From: an uncultured Candidatus Saccharibacteria bacterium
GTDB lineage: Bacteria > Patescibacteriota > Minisyncoccia > Phycocordibacterales > UBA5272
Length of the DNA stretch: 55,712 nucleotides
Direction: 5' to 3'
Assembly: GCA_964420875.1 (NCBI GenBank)
Contig: CAYQUK010000002.1
Span: 1-55,712, forward strand
The position numbers and the translations under genes are program-made. Below the pieces are notes generated by a model that saw only the letters and a program-made list of their open reading frames with translations, was not told where the DNA came from and did no database searches. Shown here one piece after another: positions 8,924 through 18,611 of the stretch (positions within the stretch are counted from its first letter, which is position 1; each line of letters begins with the position of its first letter).

Positions 8924-9520
8924 ATGAATATCGAAATGTTTATATACATCGGGATCGTTATATACTCCATCATTCTCCACGAGTTGGCTCACGGATATAC
9001 GGCGTTACTCTGTGGCGATACTACTGCAAAGCGGGCAGGGAGACTATCGCTTAACCCTGTGCCACACTTGGACCCGATAGGGTCAGTGGCGCTACCAATC
9101 ATGGCTGTTATATCAGGGTTCGGAGTTTTCGGCTGGGCAAAGCCTGTGCCTATTGACCCATCATACCTAACAACCAAATTAAAAGAGATATTCGTTTCTG
9201 GTGCCGGCATCGCCACCAACTTTGCACTCTGTCTCATATTTTTATTTTTAATAAAATTTAATATTGGTGTCGTGTATCATGATCTGTTTATAAAAGTAGC
9301 GGTTGTAAATCTTGGCCTAGGACTTTTTAACCTATTGCCATTCCCACCTTTTGACGGGCTGCAAATCTTGCGTGCAATATTCCCAAAGTTAAAACATTTT
9401 GCACATGATCTCGAGTACAACCCAGCATCAATGATAGTATCCATCCTCATCGCTGGATATGTGTTCAGTCTTTTCTTTTCTGATGTTGTGAACTTTGTGT
9501 TTGGACTAGTACTTGGTTAA
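8924..9520 (+). CDS. Site-2 protease family (M50) zinc metalloprotease
   Basis: HELAHG zinc motif in the first TM helix and the LFNLLPFPPFDG (NxxPxxxxDG) motif, in a polytopic membrane protein. Confidence 0.8.
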   Translation: MNIEMFIYIGIVIYSIILHELAHGYTALLCGDTTAKRAGRLSLNPVPHLDPIGSVALPIMAVISGFGVFGWAKPVPIDPSYLTTKLKEIFVSGAGIATNFALCLIFLFLIKFNIGVVYHDLFIKVAVVNLGLGLFNLLPFPPFDGLQILRAIFPKLKHFAHDLEYNPASMIVSILIAGYVFSLFFSDVVNFVFGLVLG

Positions 9521-9521
9521 C

Positions 9522-10445
9522 TTACTTCTTCTTATCGTGGAACTTTTCAAACTGGTCGCGGAGGAACTTGTTGGTGACGTTTGTATACACCTGAGTAGTG
9601 GCGATGGAGGCGTGGCCGAGCATCATCTGCACAGTACGTAGGTCAGCGCCGTTGTAGAGTAGATCAGTTGCGAATGAGTGACGCAGCACATGTGGTGTAC
9701 ACTTTTTAGATATGCCTGCGAGGGTCGCGTACTTCTCGATGACCCTCTCGATACTGCGTGTAGTCAGTCTGGTCGACTGTCCCTTTGCGATGCGACTGTG
9801 CGAGCGGGGAGAGTGATCGACGAACAGCGCCTCATCAATATCAACACGTTTGTCTATGTACTTGTTAACTGCATCCACTGCACGATCAGAGAGGAACACT
9901 ACGCGCACCTTGCCACCTTTACCACGCACTGACAGTTCACGACTAGTCATGTCCATATATCTGTCCAGCGCTGCCAACTCACTGACACGCAACCCCGTAG
10001 AAAAAAGCATCTCAAGCATCGCCATATCACGCAGTCCCGCAATGGTCGTCTGATCAGGCGCCGCCATCAATCTACCCAGCTCCTTGTCAGTGATGAGGTC
10101 TAGCTCACGACCAGGAGTCTTTGCGAGTTCTATTTTCTCTGGGTCATAGATATCTACACTACGCTTTCTCAAGTATTTAAAAAATGCACGCAGGGCAATC
10201 ATGTGATAATTCTGTGTCTTCTTGTCCAGAGTCGGACTATTCTTTCTATCGTTTGAGGGGAGGCGGTTGAGATACAGTCTGTACTCGCGCATATTACGCT
10301 CATTAATATCTGCAAAGTTTTCACTTTTTAAAAATGTTATAAATCTAGATATATAGTGATCATAGTTACGAACAGTCAAATGCGAGCGACCCTTTTCGAT
10401 CTCAATGTATTCTAAATATTCTAACTTGTACTCACTCAGTGTCAT
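9522..10445 (-). CDS. Tyrosine recombinase, XerC/XerD-like
   Basis: The ATG at 10445 gives MTLSEYKLEYLEY. It has an N-terminal SAM-like core-binding domain and catalytic-domain motifs: GLRVSELAAL, HVLRHSFAT, LGHASIATTQVYT. Confidence 0.85.
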   Translation of the reverse strand: MTLSEYKLEYLEYIEIEKGRSHLTVRNYDHYISRFITFLKSENFADINERNMREYRLYLNRLPSNDRKNSPTLDKKTQNYHMIALRAFFKYLRKRSVDIYDPEKIELAKTPGRELDLITDKELGRLMAAPDQTTIAGLRDMAMLEMLFSTGLRVSELAALDRYMDMTSRELSVRGKGGKVRVVFLSDRAVDAVNKYIDKRVDIDEALFVDHSPRSHSRIAKGQSTRLTTRSIERVIEKYATLAGISKKCTPHVLRHSFATDLLYNGADLRTVQMMLGHASIATTQVYTNVTNKFLRDQFEKFHDKKK

Positions 10446-10504
10446 GTGTATATTGTACGACATTAAAAAATAAATCCCTAGTTGAAAATAGGACAAGAAA
10501 AAAA

Positions 10505-10527
10505 GCGCCGACTTGTCGGCGCTTTTT
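10505..10527. terminator. Intrinsic terminator (bidirectional shape)
   Basis: GCGCCGA-CTTG-TCGGCGC stem with an A-run before and a T-run after, between the GC-rich gene and the recombinase gene. Confidence 0.65.
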
Positions 10528-10544
10528 GAAGTACCCAGAAACCT

Positions 10545-11408
10545 TCAGCTCACCGCATCAATTTCTGCTGACGTCATCGCGCGAATACCAGGACGAGACT
10601 CTTCCCACATGCCGACGTCGATCTCCACTGTTATCGGATCCGGTTTGGGGGACCCGTTATTGTTGAAGAAGTTTCTGGCTTGTCTGACCAGCTCCGCATA
10701 TCTCACAATACGCGCGCGCCAGTCTTCGCTAGGTAATTGATGTCGAGTAAGCATGATGAACGCCGTGTCGTCGAAATCTTGACGACTCTTGAGTAACGAT
10801 ATCGCCTCAACCAAGACCTCAGGCCGCTTTGATACGACTGAGTGGTACCATGCCGGAAGATCAAGCATTATGGCAAGCTGCTTCAGTTTTTGTAATGTAA
10901 CCTTTGGACGCACGTATACAAATCGCAATTTGCGACCAAGTGTCAGCGCCCAAATAATGCCGCGCGAGCCCCCGCGATTAAACGCTCTGTGATGACTAAT
11001 GTCAATCACAACGTGGTAATCACGCCGGAGTAGTTCTGCCGCAAGCACTGGTACTGCATAGTTAACCAGAGATTGCTTTTTCCTTTCTTGTTCAAAGTAA
11101 TTGCGCAAACGGTTGCCATCCAGCCAGACTGCGCGGTTTTTAATCGCAAGCTCCTGAGCGGCGGCACTCTTGAGCCCACATGGCGGACCCCAAAGACAGA
11201 AAACTTTCTGCTCTTCTCCCGCCTGGGTAAGGCACTCGAGAGCATCTATGTTGCGAGTATCGCGAAGCGCTGCTTGAACCCAGGCCTCGACCAAAAGGCC
11301 CCACTTCCATTTGAAGTACGGAGCCAGCACAACACCAGCCACAAATGCAATGATGTATGCCAGCCGAGTATCGGACAGCCACTTTATCAAGGAGCGAAAC
11401 TTATTCAT
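10545..11408 (-). CDS. Membrane-anchored P-loop kinase-like protein with deviant Walker A (hypothetical)
   Basis: ATG at 11408 preceded by GGAGGG. N-terminal TM (LAYIIAFVAGVVLAPYF). GPPCGLKS sits where a Walker A GxxGxGKS would be, followed by a VWLDGNRLR / HVVIDISH layout reminiscent of zeta-toxin/AAA_33-type kinases. GC was 34/60 in line 11161. Confidence 0.6.
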   Translation of the reverse strand: MNKFRSLIKWLSDTRLAYIIAFVAGVVLAPYFKWKWGLLVEAWVQAALRDTRNIDALECLTQAGEEQKVFCLWGPPCGLKSAAAQELAIKNRAVWLDGNRLRNYFEQERKKQSLVNYAVPVLAAELLRRDYHVVIDISHHRAFNRGGSRGIIWALTLGRKLRFVYVRPKVTLQKLKQLAIMLDLPAWYHSVVSKRPEVLVEAISLLKSRQDFDDTAFIMLTRHQLPSEDWRARIVRYAELVRQARNFFNNNGSPKPDPITVEIDVGMWEESRPGIRAMTSAEIDAVS

Positions 11409-11523
11409 ACGCCCTCCTAGAGCAAATAATCCAGCCTTCACACTACATCATATATATAGTTTTGTAAAGTAACAGATAAAGTGGTAGGATTAATACTGGA
11501 ACAACAACTTTTGAGAGGTTAAA

Positions 11524-12210
11524 ATGTCAAACAGAAGACCACCACTAGACCCGGGACTAGAAAGACTCCTTGACGTAAGTATTGTTGCACTGAGAAACTT
11601 TAAACACGAGGATGACGTATTCTCTGAGAAACCAGATCTGACTGAAACACTTCTAGCGAAAGGCGAAATACTTGGCGCTGCATATGCTGAACAGTTGAAG
11701 GGAGGAAGTTTGACCTGGACACAAATAGGGGAAGGGTTAAGGGTGGCTTGCACAAAAGGAAAAACCCGACAAATACTAATCGGACATCTGAAGGCCTTCT
11801 CTAAGGCCCCAAAGCAATTCTTGGTTGCCTGTCTGGGTGAAGCGATACTTCACGGCAGACTCATGGATGTACACGCAACTGAGAACCTTGAAATCCAGGT
11901 GACTCTCGGGCAAAAACATCTGTGCTTAATCTGTAAGGCGGCTATATCTAAAAATGGCCACTCATTCACCGACGATGTACGAGTGGTGAAAAATGGTGGT
12001 GAACTGGGCCCAAAGAGTTTTATCGACGGGTTGGAAATTTTTCAGAGGGAGGAGATCGGTGGACCAAAAATCCCCGGAATTGAACTGACTTACACAAGTA
12101 TTGGCAACTTAATCAAAGGCATCGATAAAAAAATGTGGGAAAGTCAGGCGGAGAGGCTTCAGGCAAGTAGAATCCTTGCTGAAACAGGACAAAGACAAAG
12201 CTCTTACTAA
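11524..12210 (+). CDS. Hypothetical protein, divergent partner of 10545..11408
   Basis: 228 aa. SD GAGAGG upstream. Promoter-like TTGTAA (11462-67), 17 nt, TAGGAT (11485-90). No recognisable motif. Confidence 0.55.
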   Translation: MSNRRPPLDPGLERLLDVSIVALRNFKHEDDVFSEKPDLTETLLAKGEILGAAYAEQLKGGSLTWTQIGEGLRVACTKGKTRQILIGHLKAFSKAPKQFLVACLGEAILHGRLMDVHATENLEIQVTLGQKHLCLICKAAISKNGHSFTDDVRVVKNGGELGPKSFIDGLEIFQREEIGGPKIPGIELTYTSIGNLIKGIDKKMWESQAERLQASRILAETGQRQSSY

Positions 12211-12228
12211 AGAGTGTGTAAAGAAAAA

Positions 12229-12257
12229 AGCCCGAGAGATCGGGCTTGCTTTTTTTA
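12229..12257 (+). terminator. Intrinsic terminator
   Basis: AGCCCG-agagat-CGGGCT stem followed by a T7 run. Confidence 0.65.
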
Positions 12258-12281
12258 TTAAGGCATGTTAATATGTACGTC

Positions 12282-12545
12282 ATGCTAACAACTCGTAAAA
12301 AAGCTAACGCTATCAAGGCAGCTCAAATACATGACACCGATACAGGTAGTCCAGAGGTGCAAATTTCAATACTTTCTCGCAGAATCGAGGAACTTACAGG
12401 TCATTTAAAGACACACAAGAAAGACAATCACTCTCGCCGTGGGTTGATACAGATGGTTGCTGATCGCCGTAAACACCTAGGGTATCTCCGTGAGAATTTT
12501 CAAAAGAGATACAAAGAGGTAGCAAAAAAGTTTGATCTCAAGTAA
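12282..12545 (+). CDS. rpsO: 30S ribosomal protein S15
   Basis: 88 aa from the ATG at 12282. GSPEVQISILSRRIEELTGHLKTHKKDNHSRRGLIQMVADRRKHLGYL is the canonical S15 pattern. Confidence 0.92.
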   Translation: MLTTRKKANAIKAAQIHDTDTGSPEVQISILSRRIEELTGHLKTHKKDNHSRRGLIQMVADRRKHLGYLRENFQKRYKEVAKKFDLK

Positions 12546-12561
12546 TACAAAATAACAACTT

Positions 12562-12586
12562 GCCCACAAACATTGTGGGCTTTGTT
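12562..12586 (+). terminator. Intrinsic terminator after rpsO
   Basis: GCCCACAA-aca-TTGTGGGC 8-bp stem followed by TTTGTT. Confidence 0.6.
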
Positions 12587-12643
12587 ATAATAAGAGTAGT
12601 TAGCAGTTAACATTTTAATATTTAAAAACAAAAACATTTTTAT

Positions 12644-13192
12644 ATGTCAGTAATACAACATACATCGCAACGCGTTGCGGTGCTAATCGATACACAAAAT
12701 CTTTATCACAGTGCCCGCAATCTTTATAACTCAAGAGTTAACTTTGGTAAAGTCCTCGAGGCCAGTGTAGGGGGTCGCAACTTAGTACGCGCCATAGCAT
12801 ACCTAATAACAACAGAGTCTCAAGACGAGGCGCAGTTTTTTGACGCCTTGCTCAAAATGGGAATAGAGACCAAATCAAAAGATTTACAAATCTTTTTTGG
12901 TGGAAATAAAAAAGCAGACTGGGATGTGGGTATAGCGGTGGACGCAATCAGACTCGCAAAAAAAGTGGACTCAATAGTTCTGGTTACTGGTGACGGGGAC
13001 TTTGTTCCACTGGTTGAACATCTAAAACAAGACGGCGTGCAAGTAGAGGTGGTGTCATTTGGAAAATCAACATCAGCAAAATTAAAAGAGGCAGCTGAGG
13101 CATTCCTCGACCTGGATGTTGATCCGGACAACTATCTATTGCGTCCAGGGAGTAGAAAAAGAATTGTCCACAGAAAAACTAAGCCTGAGTAG
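12644..13192 (+). CDS. NYN-domain (LabA/DUF88-like) protein
   Basis: VAVLIDTQNLYHSAR at the N-terminus and the LVTGDGDFVPLVEHL motif, characteristic of NYN/LabA RNase-like domains. Confidence 0.8.
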   Translation: MSVIQHTSQRVAVLIDTQNLYHSARNLYNSRVNFGKVLEASVGGRNLVRAIAYLITTESQDEAQFFDALLKMGIETKSKDLQIFFGGNKKADWDVGIAVDAIRLAKKVDSIVLVTGDGDFVPLVEHLKQDGVQVEVVSFGKSTSAKLKEAAEAFLDLDVDPDNYLLRPGSRKRIVHRKTKPE

Positions 13193-13209
13193 TATACACT
13201 GTATACATT

Positions 13210-13845
13210 GTGGACAATAAAATACCTGTAATACACACACTGGAGTCTGATATGAATGAGTTCTCAAAAAATGAGGACAGCCCAGTACTCGCAGCACAAC
13301 AACAATTAGAAAACAGAATAATCCCTGACATGTCAGATAATTCTGGTTCGAAGTGGAAACTATTGATAAGAGTTGTTTTGATTGTCTTGGTGTTAGTTGT
13401 TGTTGGATTTGTTGCTTATACATTAATAAGAAAGAAAACTGCTGCGCCTGTAGCAAATAAACCAGTAGCAGCAAAAGTTAAAACATATACTGTCGCAGAT
13501 GTCTGGCCAAGTATGGCAACGACATTGGCAAGCTCGACAGGTGAGGCCACCAGCACAAATGCATTTGTTATTATAACGGTGAATGACTTTAAAAAAACAT
13601 ACTCGGCAGTCACACAAAATGAGGATAAGATAAATGAATTGGCCAGTAGGTATTTTAACATCAGCGAGTTGTCAACATTCACAACATCTGAGCTAAACAA
13701 TGTAACACTACGCATATCTGATGGGGGTGATAGACCTATGGTTTATGGGTACGCAGGACAAAAGTACTTAATATTCACAACATCAATAGAGGACTTTTTT
13801 AAGATATACGAAAAGCTTGGTGGTAATGCAAGCAAAAGTAGCTAA
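13210..13845 (+). CDS. Membrane-anchored hypothetical protein
   Basis: One TM helix (LLIRVVLIVLVLVVVGFVAYTLI) and a roughly 130-aa exterior domain. GTG start at 13210; alternative ATG at 13252. Confidence 0.5.
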   Translation: MDNKIPVIHTLESDMNEFSKNEDSPVLAAQQQLENRIIPDMSDNSGSKWKLLIRVVLIVLVLVVVGFVAYTLIRKKTAAPVANKPVAAKVKTYTVADVWPSMATTLASSTGEATSTNAFVIITVNDFKKTYSAVTQNEDKINELASRYFNISELSTFTTSELNNVTLRISDGGDRPMVYGYAGQKYLIFTTSIEDFFKIYEKLGGNASKSS

Positions 13846-15352
13846 GGTATACAGTGCCCAAGTTGTCGGACTCTCGGGTGCTCCGATAAGCGTGGAGACA
13901 GATGTGTCTACTGGACTGTACTCATTTACAATAGTGGGGCTGCCAGACAAGAGTGTGGACGAGTCCCGTGAGCGTGTACATGCGGCACTCAAAAACTCTG
14001 GACTGAACTCTCCAAAATCCCGCAATCACAAACTGACTGTTTCGCTCGCCCCAGCAGAAATAAAAAAAGAGGGGCCAATTTTTGATGTACCGATAGCTGT
14101 ATCATATTTGTTGTCAGTGGGGGACATCGACGGAGATTATTCAGATACTGTGTTTGTGGGTGAACTGTCCCTGTCTGGAGGACTTCAACCGCTACGTGGA
14201 GCATTAGCAATAGCCTCAACAGCAAAACAAAATGGTTTTAAAAAGGTTGTATTGCCATATCAAAACAGAGAGGAGGCCAGTATAGTAGAAGACATAGAAA
14301 TATACGGAGCCAGAAATATAAGCGAAATAGTTGAACATCTTTCAGAGAAAAATAAAATCGTTAGACATAGAAAAGAAAACAAAAACCAAAACAAAATATC
14401 ATATCCAGACATAGGGGAAATAAGGGGGCAGCTGACAGCAAAGAGGGCTCTTGAAATAGCTGCTGCCGGTGGACACAATATATGTCTGTACGGGCCACCA
14501 GGAACAGGTAAAACAATGTTGGCAAAGGCCTTCACCGGGATATTGCCAGACCTCAACTCTGATCATGCATTTGAGGTAACAACGATACACTCAATAGCAG
14601 GACAAACAGATACACTAATAACACAGCCACCTCTGCGCGCGCCACATCACACCAGCAGCTATGTATCTATTATTGGTGGAGGAAGTGTGCCAAAACCTGG
14701 CGAAATAACTCTCGCACATCGAGGGGTGTTATTCATGGATGAATTACCAGAGTTTGAATCAAAGGCATTGGAAAGTTTGCGTGAGCCTCTCGAGGAGGGT
14801 ATGGTTCGCATATCGCGAGCCCGTGGCTCAGAAGTATTCCCAGCAGAGTTCATATTGGTAGCAGCGATGAATCCGTGTCCGTGTGGATATTATGGCAGCA
14901 AAATAAAAGCTTGTGTATGCAAACAGTCAGAAATAGAGAGATATCAAAAGAGAATATCTGGACCAATCATTGACCGCATTGATATGTGGACATTTGTACA
15001 ACATCTTCCGTATGAGGAATTAGCAAAAGAAGGTGTGATGGGTGAGTCAGAAAAAATACGAGAGAGAATTTTAAACGCAAGAAAAATTGGTAGCGAGAGA
15101 CTGAGTAAAAATAATATTAAAAACAAACTCAACAAGTCATTATCGACAAAAGATTTGAGTGCAGTAGCGAAGCTTGGACAAAAAGAAACAGAAACGCTGA
15201 ACACTTTTGCAAAACAGTTTTCAATCAGCCCGAGATCATATCATCGCATCATACGCCTAGCACGAACCATTGCTGATTTAGAAGGTGTAGAAAATATTGG
15301 AGACAAGCATATTATCGAAGCATTTCAATACAGACCAAAACTGAGTATTTAA
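13826..15352 (+). CDS. comM: Mg-chelatase-like AAA+ ATPase ComM/YifB
   Basis: N-terminal Lon-protease-like domain (GLPDKSVDESRERV), Walker A GPPGTGKTM, Walker B LFMDELPEF, and a C-terminal Mg_chelatase_C-like helix. ATG at 13826; the track ORF begins at TTG 13817. Confidence 0.9.
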   Translation: MQAKVAKVYSAQVVGLSGAPISVETDVSTGLYSFTIVGLPDKSVDESRERVHAALKNSGLNSPKSRNHKLTVSLAPAEIKKEGPIFDVPIAVSYLLSVGDIDGDYSDTVFVGELSLSGGLQPLRGALAIASTAKQNGFKKVVLPYQNREEASIVEDIEIYGARNISEIVEHLSEKNKIVRHRKENKNQNKISYPDIGEIRGQLTAKRALEIAAAGGHNICLYGPPGTGKTMLAKAFTGILPDLNSDHAFEVTTIHSIAGQTDTLITQPPLRAPHHTSSYVSIIGGGSVPKPGEITLAHRGVLFMDELPEFESKALESLREPLEEGMVRISRARGSEVFPAEFILVAAMNPCPCGYYGSKIKACVCKQSEIERYQKRISGPIIDRIDMWTFVQHLPYEELAKEGVMGESEKIRERILNARKIGSERLSKNNIKNKLNKSLSTKDLSAVAKLGQKETETLNTFAKQFSISPRSYHRIIRLARTIADLEGVENIGDKHIIEAFQYRPKLSI

Positions 15353-15355
15353 AAA

Positions 15356-15374
15356 GCGCCCGCTTCGCGGGCGC
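15356..15374. terminator. Bidirectional intrinsic terminator
   Basis: GCGCCCGC-TTC-GCGGGCGC stem with A5 and T5 flanks, between convergent comM and the peptidase gene. Confidence 0.7.
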
Positions 15375-15380
15375 TTTTTA

Positions 15381-16394
15381 TTAGAATGGATTCTCAGCGC
15401 CACGTATTTCAAAGTGTAAGTGTGGACCAGTAGATCTACCACTGTTACCAGATTCTCCAATCTGCTCTCCTTTTTGTACTGACTGACCAGTCACAACATA
15501 CACACTAGACATGTGCCCGTACACAGTCTGCGTACCATTGCTATGTGAGATGATAACCATGCGACCATATCCACCGTTATACCCAGAGTTCTTTGCGGCA
15601 AGCACTGTACCATCTGCTGCAGCCAGTAGTGGTGTGCCTACTGGGGTACCGATATCTACAGAATTAGATCCGTGTATGCCCTGAGTCTTAATGCCGCCAA
15701 TGAGAGGGCGTGTATAATATCCCGCACCAGCAGACGCGTATATCTTTTTCTTTTTTGCAGCAACCTTAACAACAGGCGCGTCTACGACCAATTCTCCATC
15801 TGGGACTATTAACACATCTCCAATAGCTAGAGCACTGTCTGTGCTTAGATCATTAAAAGACAATATGTCTCCTTGGTCTGCTTTATATTTTTTAGCAATA
15901 GTTTTTATCGTATCTCCTTTTTTAACAGTATGCTTTACACCAGAGACAGGGAGTATAACCAAAATATCTCCAGGTACCAATTTGCCATTCTTTATATCAT
16001 TGGCCCAAGCTACAGTGTTTTTAGAAACATTGTATATTTTTGCTACATCAGACAAAGTATCCCCAACCCTTACCTCATAAACCTGTATTTGATCATTTTC
16101 AAACACTTCGTTTTCAGTTGCCAATCTAGCAGGACCCACAACACCCCTTATAACCCCCTCAGCATCAGAAGAAAGACCTGATGAATCTGTAGCAGATACT
16201 TGATTCGACACACGCAAAACCCCAACGTCTTCGTAATAGTTCTTTACAATTTCGTCTGTTTTATCCTTATTTATAAGGCTTTTTATACCATCCATCGCCA
16301 TATCAAAAAAACCAGCATGTGCGGACGGAGCCCAAACAATCAAAGCAAGAAGTAATAGGGAAGCTATTTTAGGTTGACAAAAGTATTTTATCAT
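15381..16394 (-). CDS. LysM-domain M23 family peptidoglycan endopeptidase
   Basis: Signal peptide from the ATG at 16394 (MIKYFCQPKIASLLLLALIVWAPSAHA). Two LysM repeats (YEVRVGDTLSDVAKIYNV.., HTVKKGDTIKTIAKKYK..). M23 motifs HSNGTQTVYGHM and GPHLHFEIR. Confidence 0.85.
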   Translation of the reverse strand: MIKYFCQPKIASLLLLALIVWAPSAHAGFFDMAMDGIKSLINKDKTDEIVKNYYEDVGVLRVSNQVSATDSSGLSSDAEGVIRGVVGPARLATENEVFENDQIQVYEVRVGDTLSDVAKIYNVSKNTVAWANDIKNGKLVPGDILVILPVSGVKHTVKKGDTIKTIAKKYKADQGDILSFNDLSTDSALAIGDVLIVPDGELVVDAPVVKVAAKKKKIYASAGAGYYTRPLIGGIKTQGIHGSNSVDIGTPVGTPLLAAADGTVLAAKNSGYNGGYGRMVIISHSNGTQTVYGHMSSVYVVTGQSVQKGEQIGESGNSGRSTGPHLHFEIRGAENPF

Positions 16395-16488
16395 CGTAGT
16401 CCGTAAAACGGACGGGTAGACATTCATATTAACAGGGTATTGTTTATAGCGCAAGGCCCAATTTCTGCTTGGGTGATATACTGTTTTT

Positions 16489-18588
16489 ATGAATCCTAGC
16501 GCTGAAAAAAGCTACTTTGTACGAGACCCGAAAGATTACGCAAAGATACACGATCGCCTAAAAATTCCTGGCGAAAGAAAGGTTATACAAGATGCTGACC
16601 ATCTGTCTAACAAGGTTGCCTTGGCTACTTTTGCAACGATGAATATGGAGAAGGGCACAGAGACAGTCGAAGAAAGACATGAAATACTTGACGCTGAGGA
16701 AGCTTTGGAAAATAGGTACAAAATACGAGGCGATATAAGATCTTCGATGAGACCAACATTTCACAGTATTAGAAGTGTAGGGAAAGAGGTTAATCAAAAA
16801 CTTTCTGAGGTTGTTGATTTGAGAAAAAGAATAATGGAGGAAGCGGCTCAACATGCTTTGACCACTGATAAGAAGCGAGATCTACACAAACAACTCTTAG
16901 ACGCCGAGACATTTATAACACAAAAGAATGCTCAGATATTAATGTTACAGGAACAAATCAGAAACACAACAACATCAAACATCGAGGCGTCTCCTATGCT
17001 TGAGCAGGGTAGAGCAAACATGTCCGAGGATTTAGATAAAACAACAAAACAAATAGAAACACTTTCTACTGCAGTAAAAGATGCGGAGCAAAAAATAAAA
17101 GACGACATAGCGAGTATAAAAAATGATTTTGCGACACAAACAACAACCCCAAACACAAGTATATCTGTGACTTCTCCGATGCCGGCACCAACAAAAAAAA
17201 TAGATAGTTTCGTTAAGAAATACAAATCTGGCATAAAGGGTGTCTGGCATGGAGACAGTGGGACCGACCTACCCGTAACATTGAGTGGGTACGAAGAGGT
17301 AACTGAGGGCGGGGAGATAATGCTTGGCACTCTGAAAGAAGATGGGACACTGGGTGCTTTTATTAATCAAAAGAACTTTACATCAACTGAAAAAATAGCA
17401 TCTTACACGACGGAGGTCACGTCAGACCAAAACCCAATCACAACAAACACTGCAGCGCCGGCTCAACCAACAACACAAACAAAAACAACACCTGAGAAAA
17501 AGGAGGGGTTGGTAATGCCTTCAGATTTTGCTGTGAAGGCGGTGGACCATCATCTGTTAACAATAAACAAATACATGAGCTCGGGCAATAAGGTGTATGA
17601 GCAGGCCGCAATAGATTTTGTTGATAAGATCAAGAAACAACTAGACAGGTGTGATGACAAGAATGTTAGAGAGGCGCAAAAAGCGAGACTAGATAAAGCG
17701 TTGAAAAAGCCAGCTATCGCTGCACCAGCAGCTGCACCATCAGTACCACCACAAACAGTAACACCGACACCAGAAAAAGAAGTAACGGGGCCAAGTACAA
17801 CAGAAACAAAAACTTCTCCGGCTGCAAAAAAGATTAGCCTGGGCGCGGCCGCAATAGCAGCAGGGACTCTTGCACTCGGAGCTGTCGGACCAGATCAGAA
17901 ACAAGATCAAGACTTTACATACAAAGTTGCTTCACTTCAAAACCAAACATCAACCTCATTTTCACCAGAACAAAAAGTGAAGAAAATAGGAAATGTAACA
18001 GTAGACACAAAACTCAAAACCGTATCAATAACAGGCGTCACATCGCCGCTACTTTTAAAAACTCTTGAGAAAAAAGGTGATTACTATATTGGATCATACA
18101 ATTATGGCGAAATAACAAAATACATTGCCGTACCAGACTTAAATACATTAAAATCTCTGTCTGCCGCTAAAAACGACGAAGAGATAAAGGTATTGCTGTC
18201 TCCATTTGCAAACAAAGTGCTAGATGAAAACCTAGAGATGAAGGGCGTGAGTGTTATTTGTGGACAAAGCAGAACAGAAGATGGCATTAAAAGAATCGTA
18301 TCTTTTAATTTTAAGAGGCAAGGCAGAGAAATAAAAGAAGCGAAGGATGGGCACATAACTCTAGAAGAAACCCCTCTTGCAAAAAAAATATTTGGTAAAA
18401 AGTATAATGAGTATGTTAGAAGTTTTAAAAACTTAACATTAGACCAATTTAGATCTCTCGGTTCTGACGAAATAGAAGATGTAGAAAATGAGGTCATAAA
18501 ACTTGGCGAGAAACTTCTTTTCTATAAATACAATGACTCTGCGAGAAACAGAAAAATTGACGATCTTCTGCGTGAGATGCCTCAATAA
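16489..18588 (+). CDS. Large hypothetical protein (coiled-coil, Thr/Pro-rich linkers, one hydrophobic segment)
   Basis: Uninterrupted 699-aa ORF. Extended -10-like tgaTATACT at 16464-72. Low-complexity PT/A-rich linkers, one hydrophobic segment ISLGAAAIAAGTLALGAVG, and no catalytic motif recognised. Confidence 0.6.
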   Translation: MNPSAEKSYFVRDPKDYAKIHDRLKIPGERKVIQDADHLSNKVALATFATMNMEKGTETVEERHEILDAEEALENRYKIRGDIRSSMRPTFHSIRSVGKEVNQKLSEVVDLRKRIMEEAAQHALTTDKKRDLHKQLLDAETFITQKNAQILMLQEQIRNTTTSNIEASPMLEQGRANMSEDLDKTTKQIETLSTAVKDAEQKIKDDIASIKNDFATQTTTPNTSISVTSPMPAPTKKIDSFVKKYKSGIKGVWHGDSGTDLPVTLSGYEEVTEGGEIMLGTLKEDGTLGAFINQKNFTSTEKIASYTTEVTSDQNPITTNTAAPAQPTTQTKTTPEKKEGLVMPSDFAVKAVDHHLLTINKYMSSGNKVYEQAAIDFVDKIKKQLDRCDDKNVREAQKARLDKALKKPAIAAPAAAPSVPPQTVTPTPEKEVTGPSTTETKTSPAAKKISLGAAAIAAGTLALGAVGPDQKQDQDFTYKVASLQNQTSTSFSPEQKVKKIGNVTVDTKLKTVSITGVTSPLLLKTLEKKGDYYIGSYNYGEITKYIAVPDLNTLKSLSAAKNDEEIKVLLSPFANKVLDENLEMKGVSVICGQSRTEDGIKRIVSFNFKRQGREIKEAKDGHITLEETPLAKKIFGKKYNEYVRSFKNLTLDQFRSLGSDEIEDVENEVIKLGEKLLFYKYNDSARNRKIDDLLREMPQ

Positions 18589-18611
18589 TTTTATGTTAAA
18601 CTGACATCTAA

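Noticed and set aside
9522-12257. Integron (IntI plus attC cassettes) interpretation of the recombinase and neighbouring GC-rich genes
   Set aside because: The hairpins after the genes are short perfect GC stems with T-runs (terminators), not 60-140-bp imperfect attC structures with GTTRRRY cores. The genes carry their own promoters, and the recombinase shows ordinary XerC/D-like motifs.
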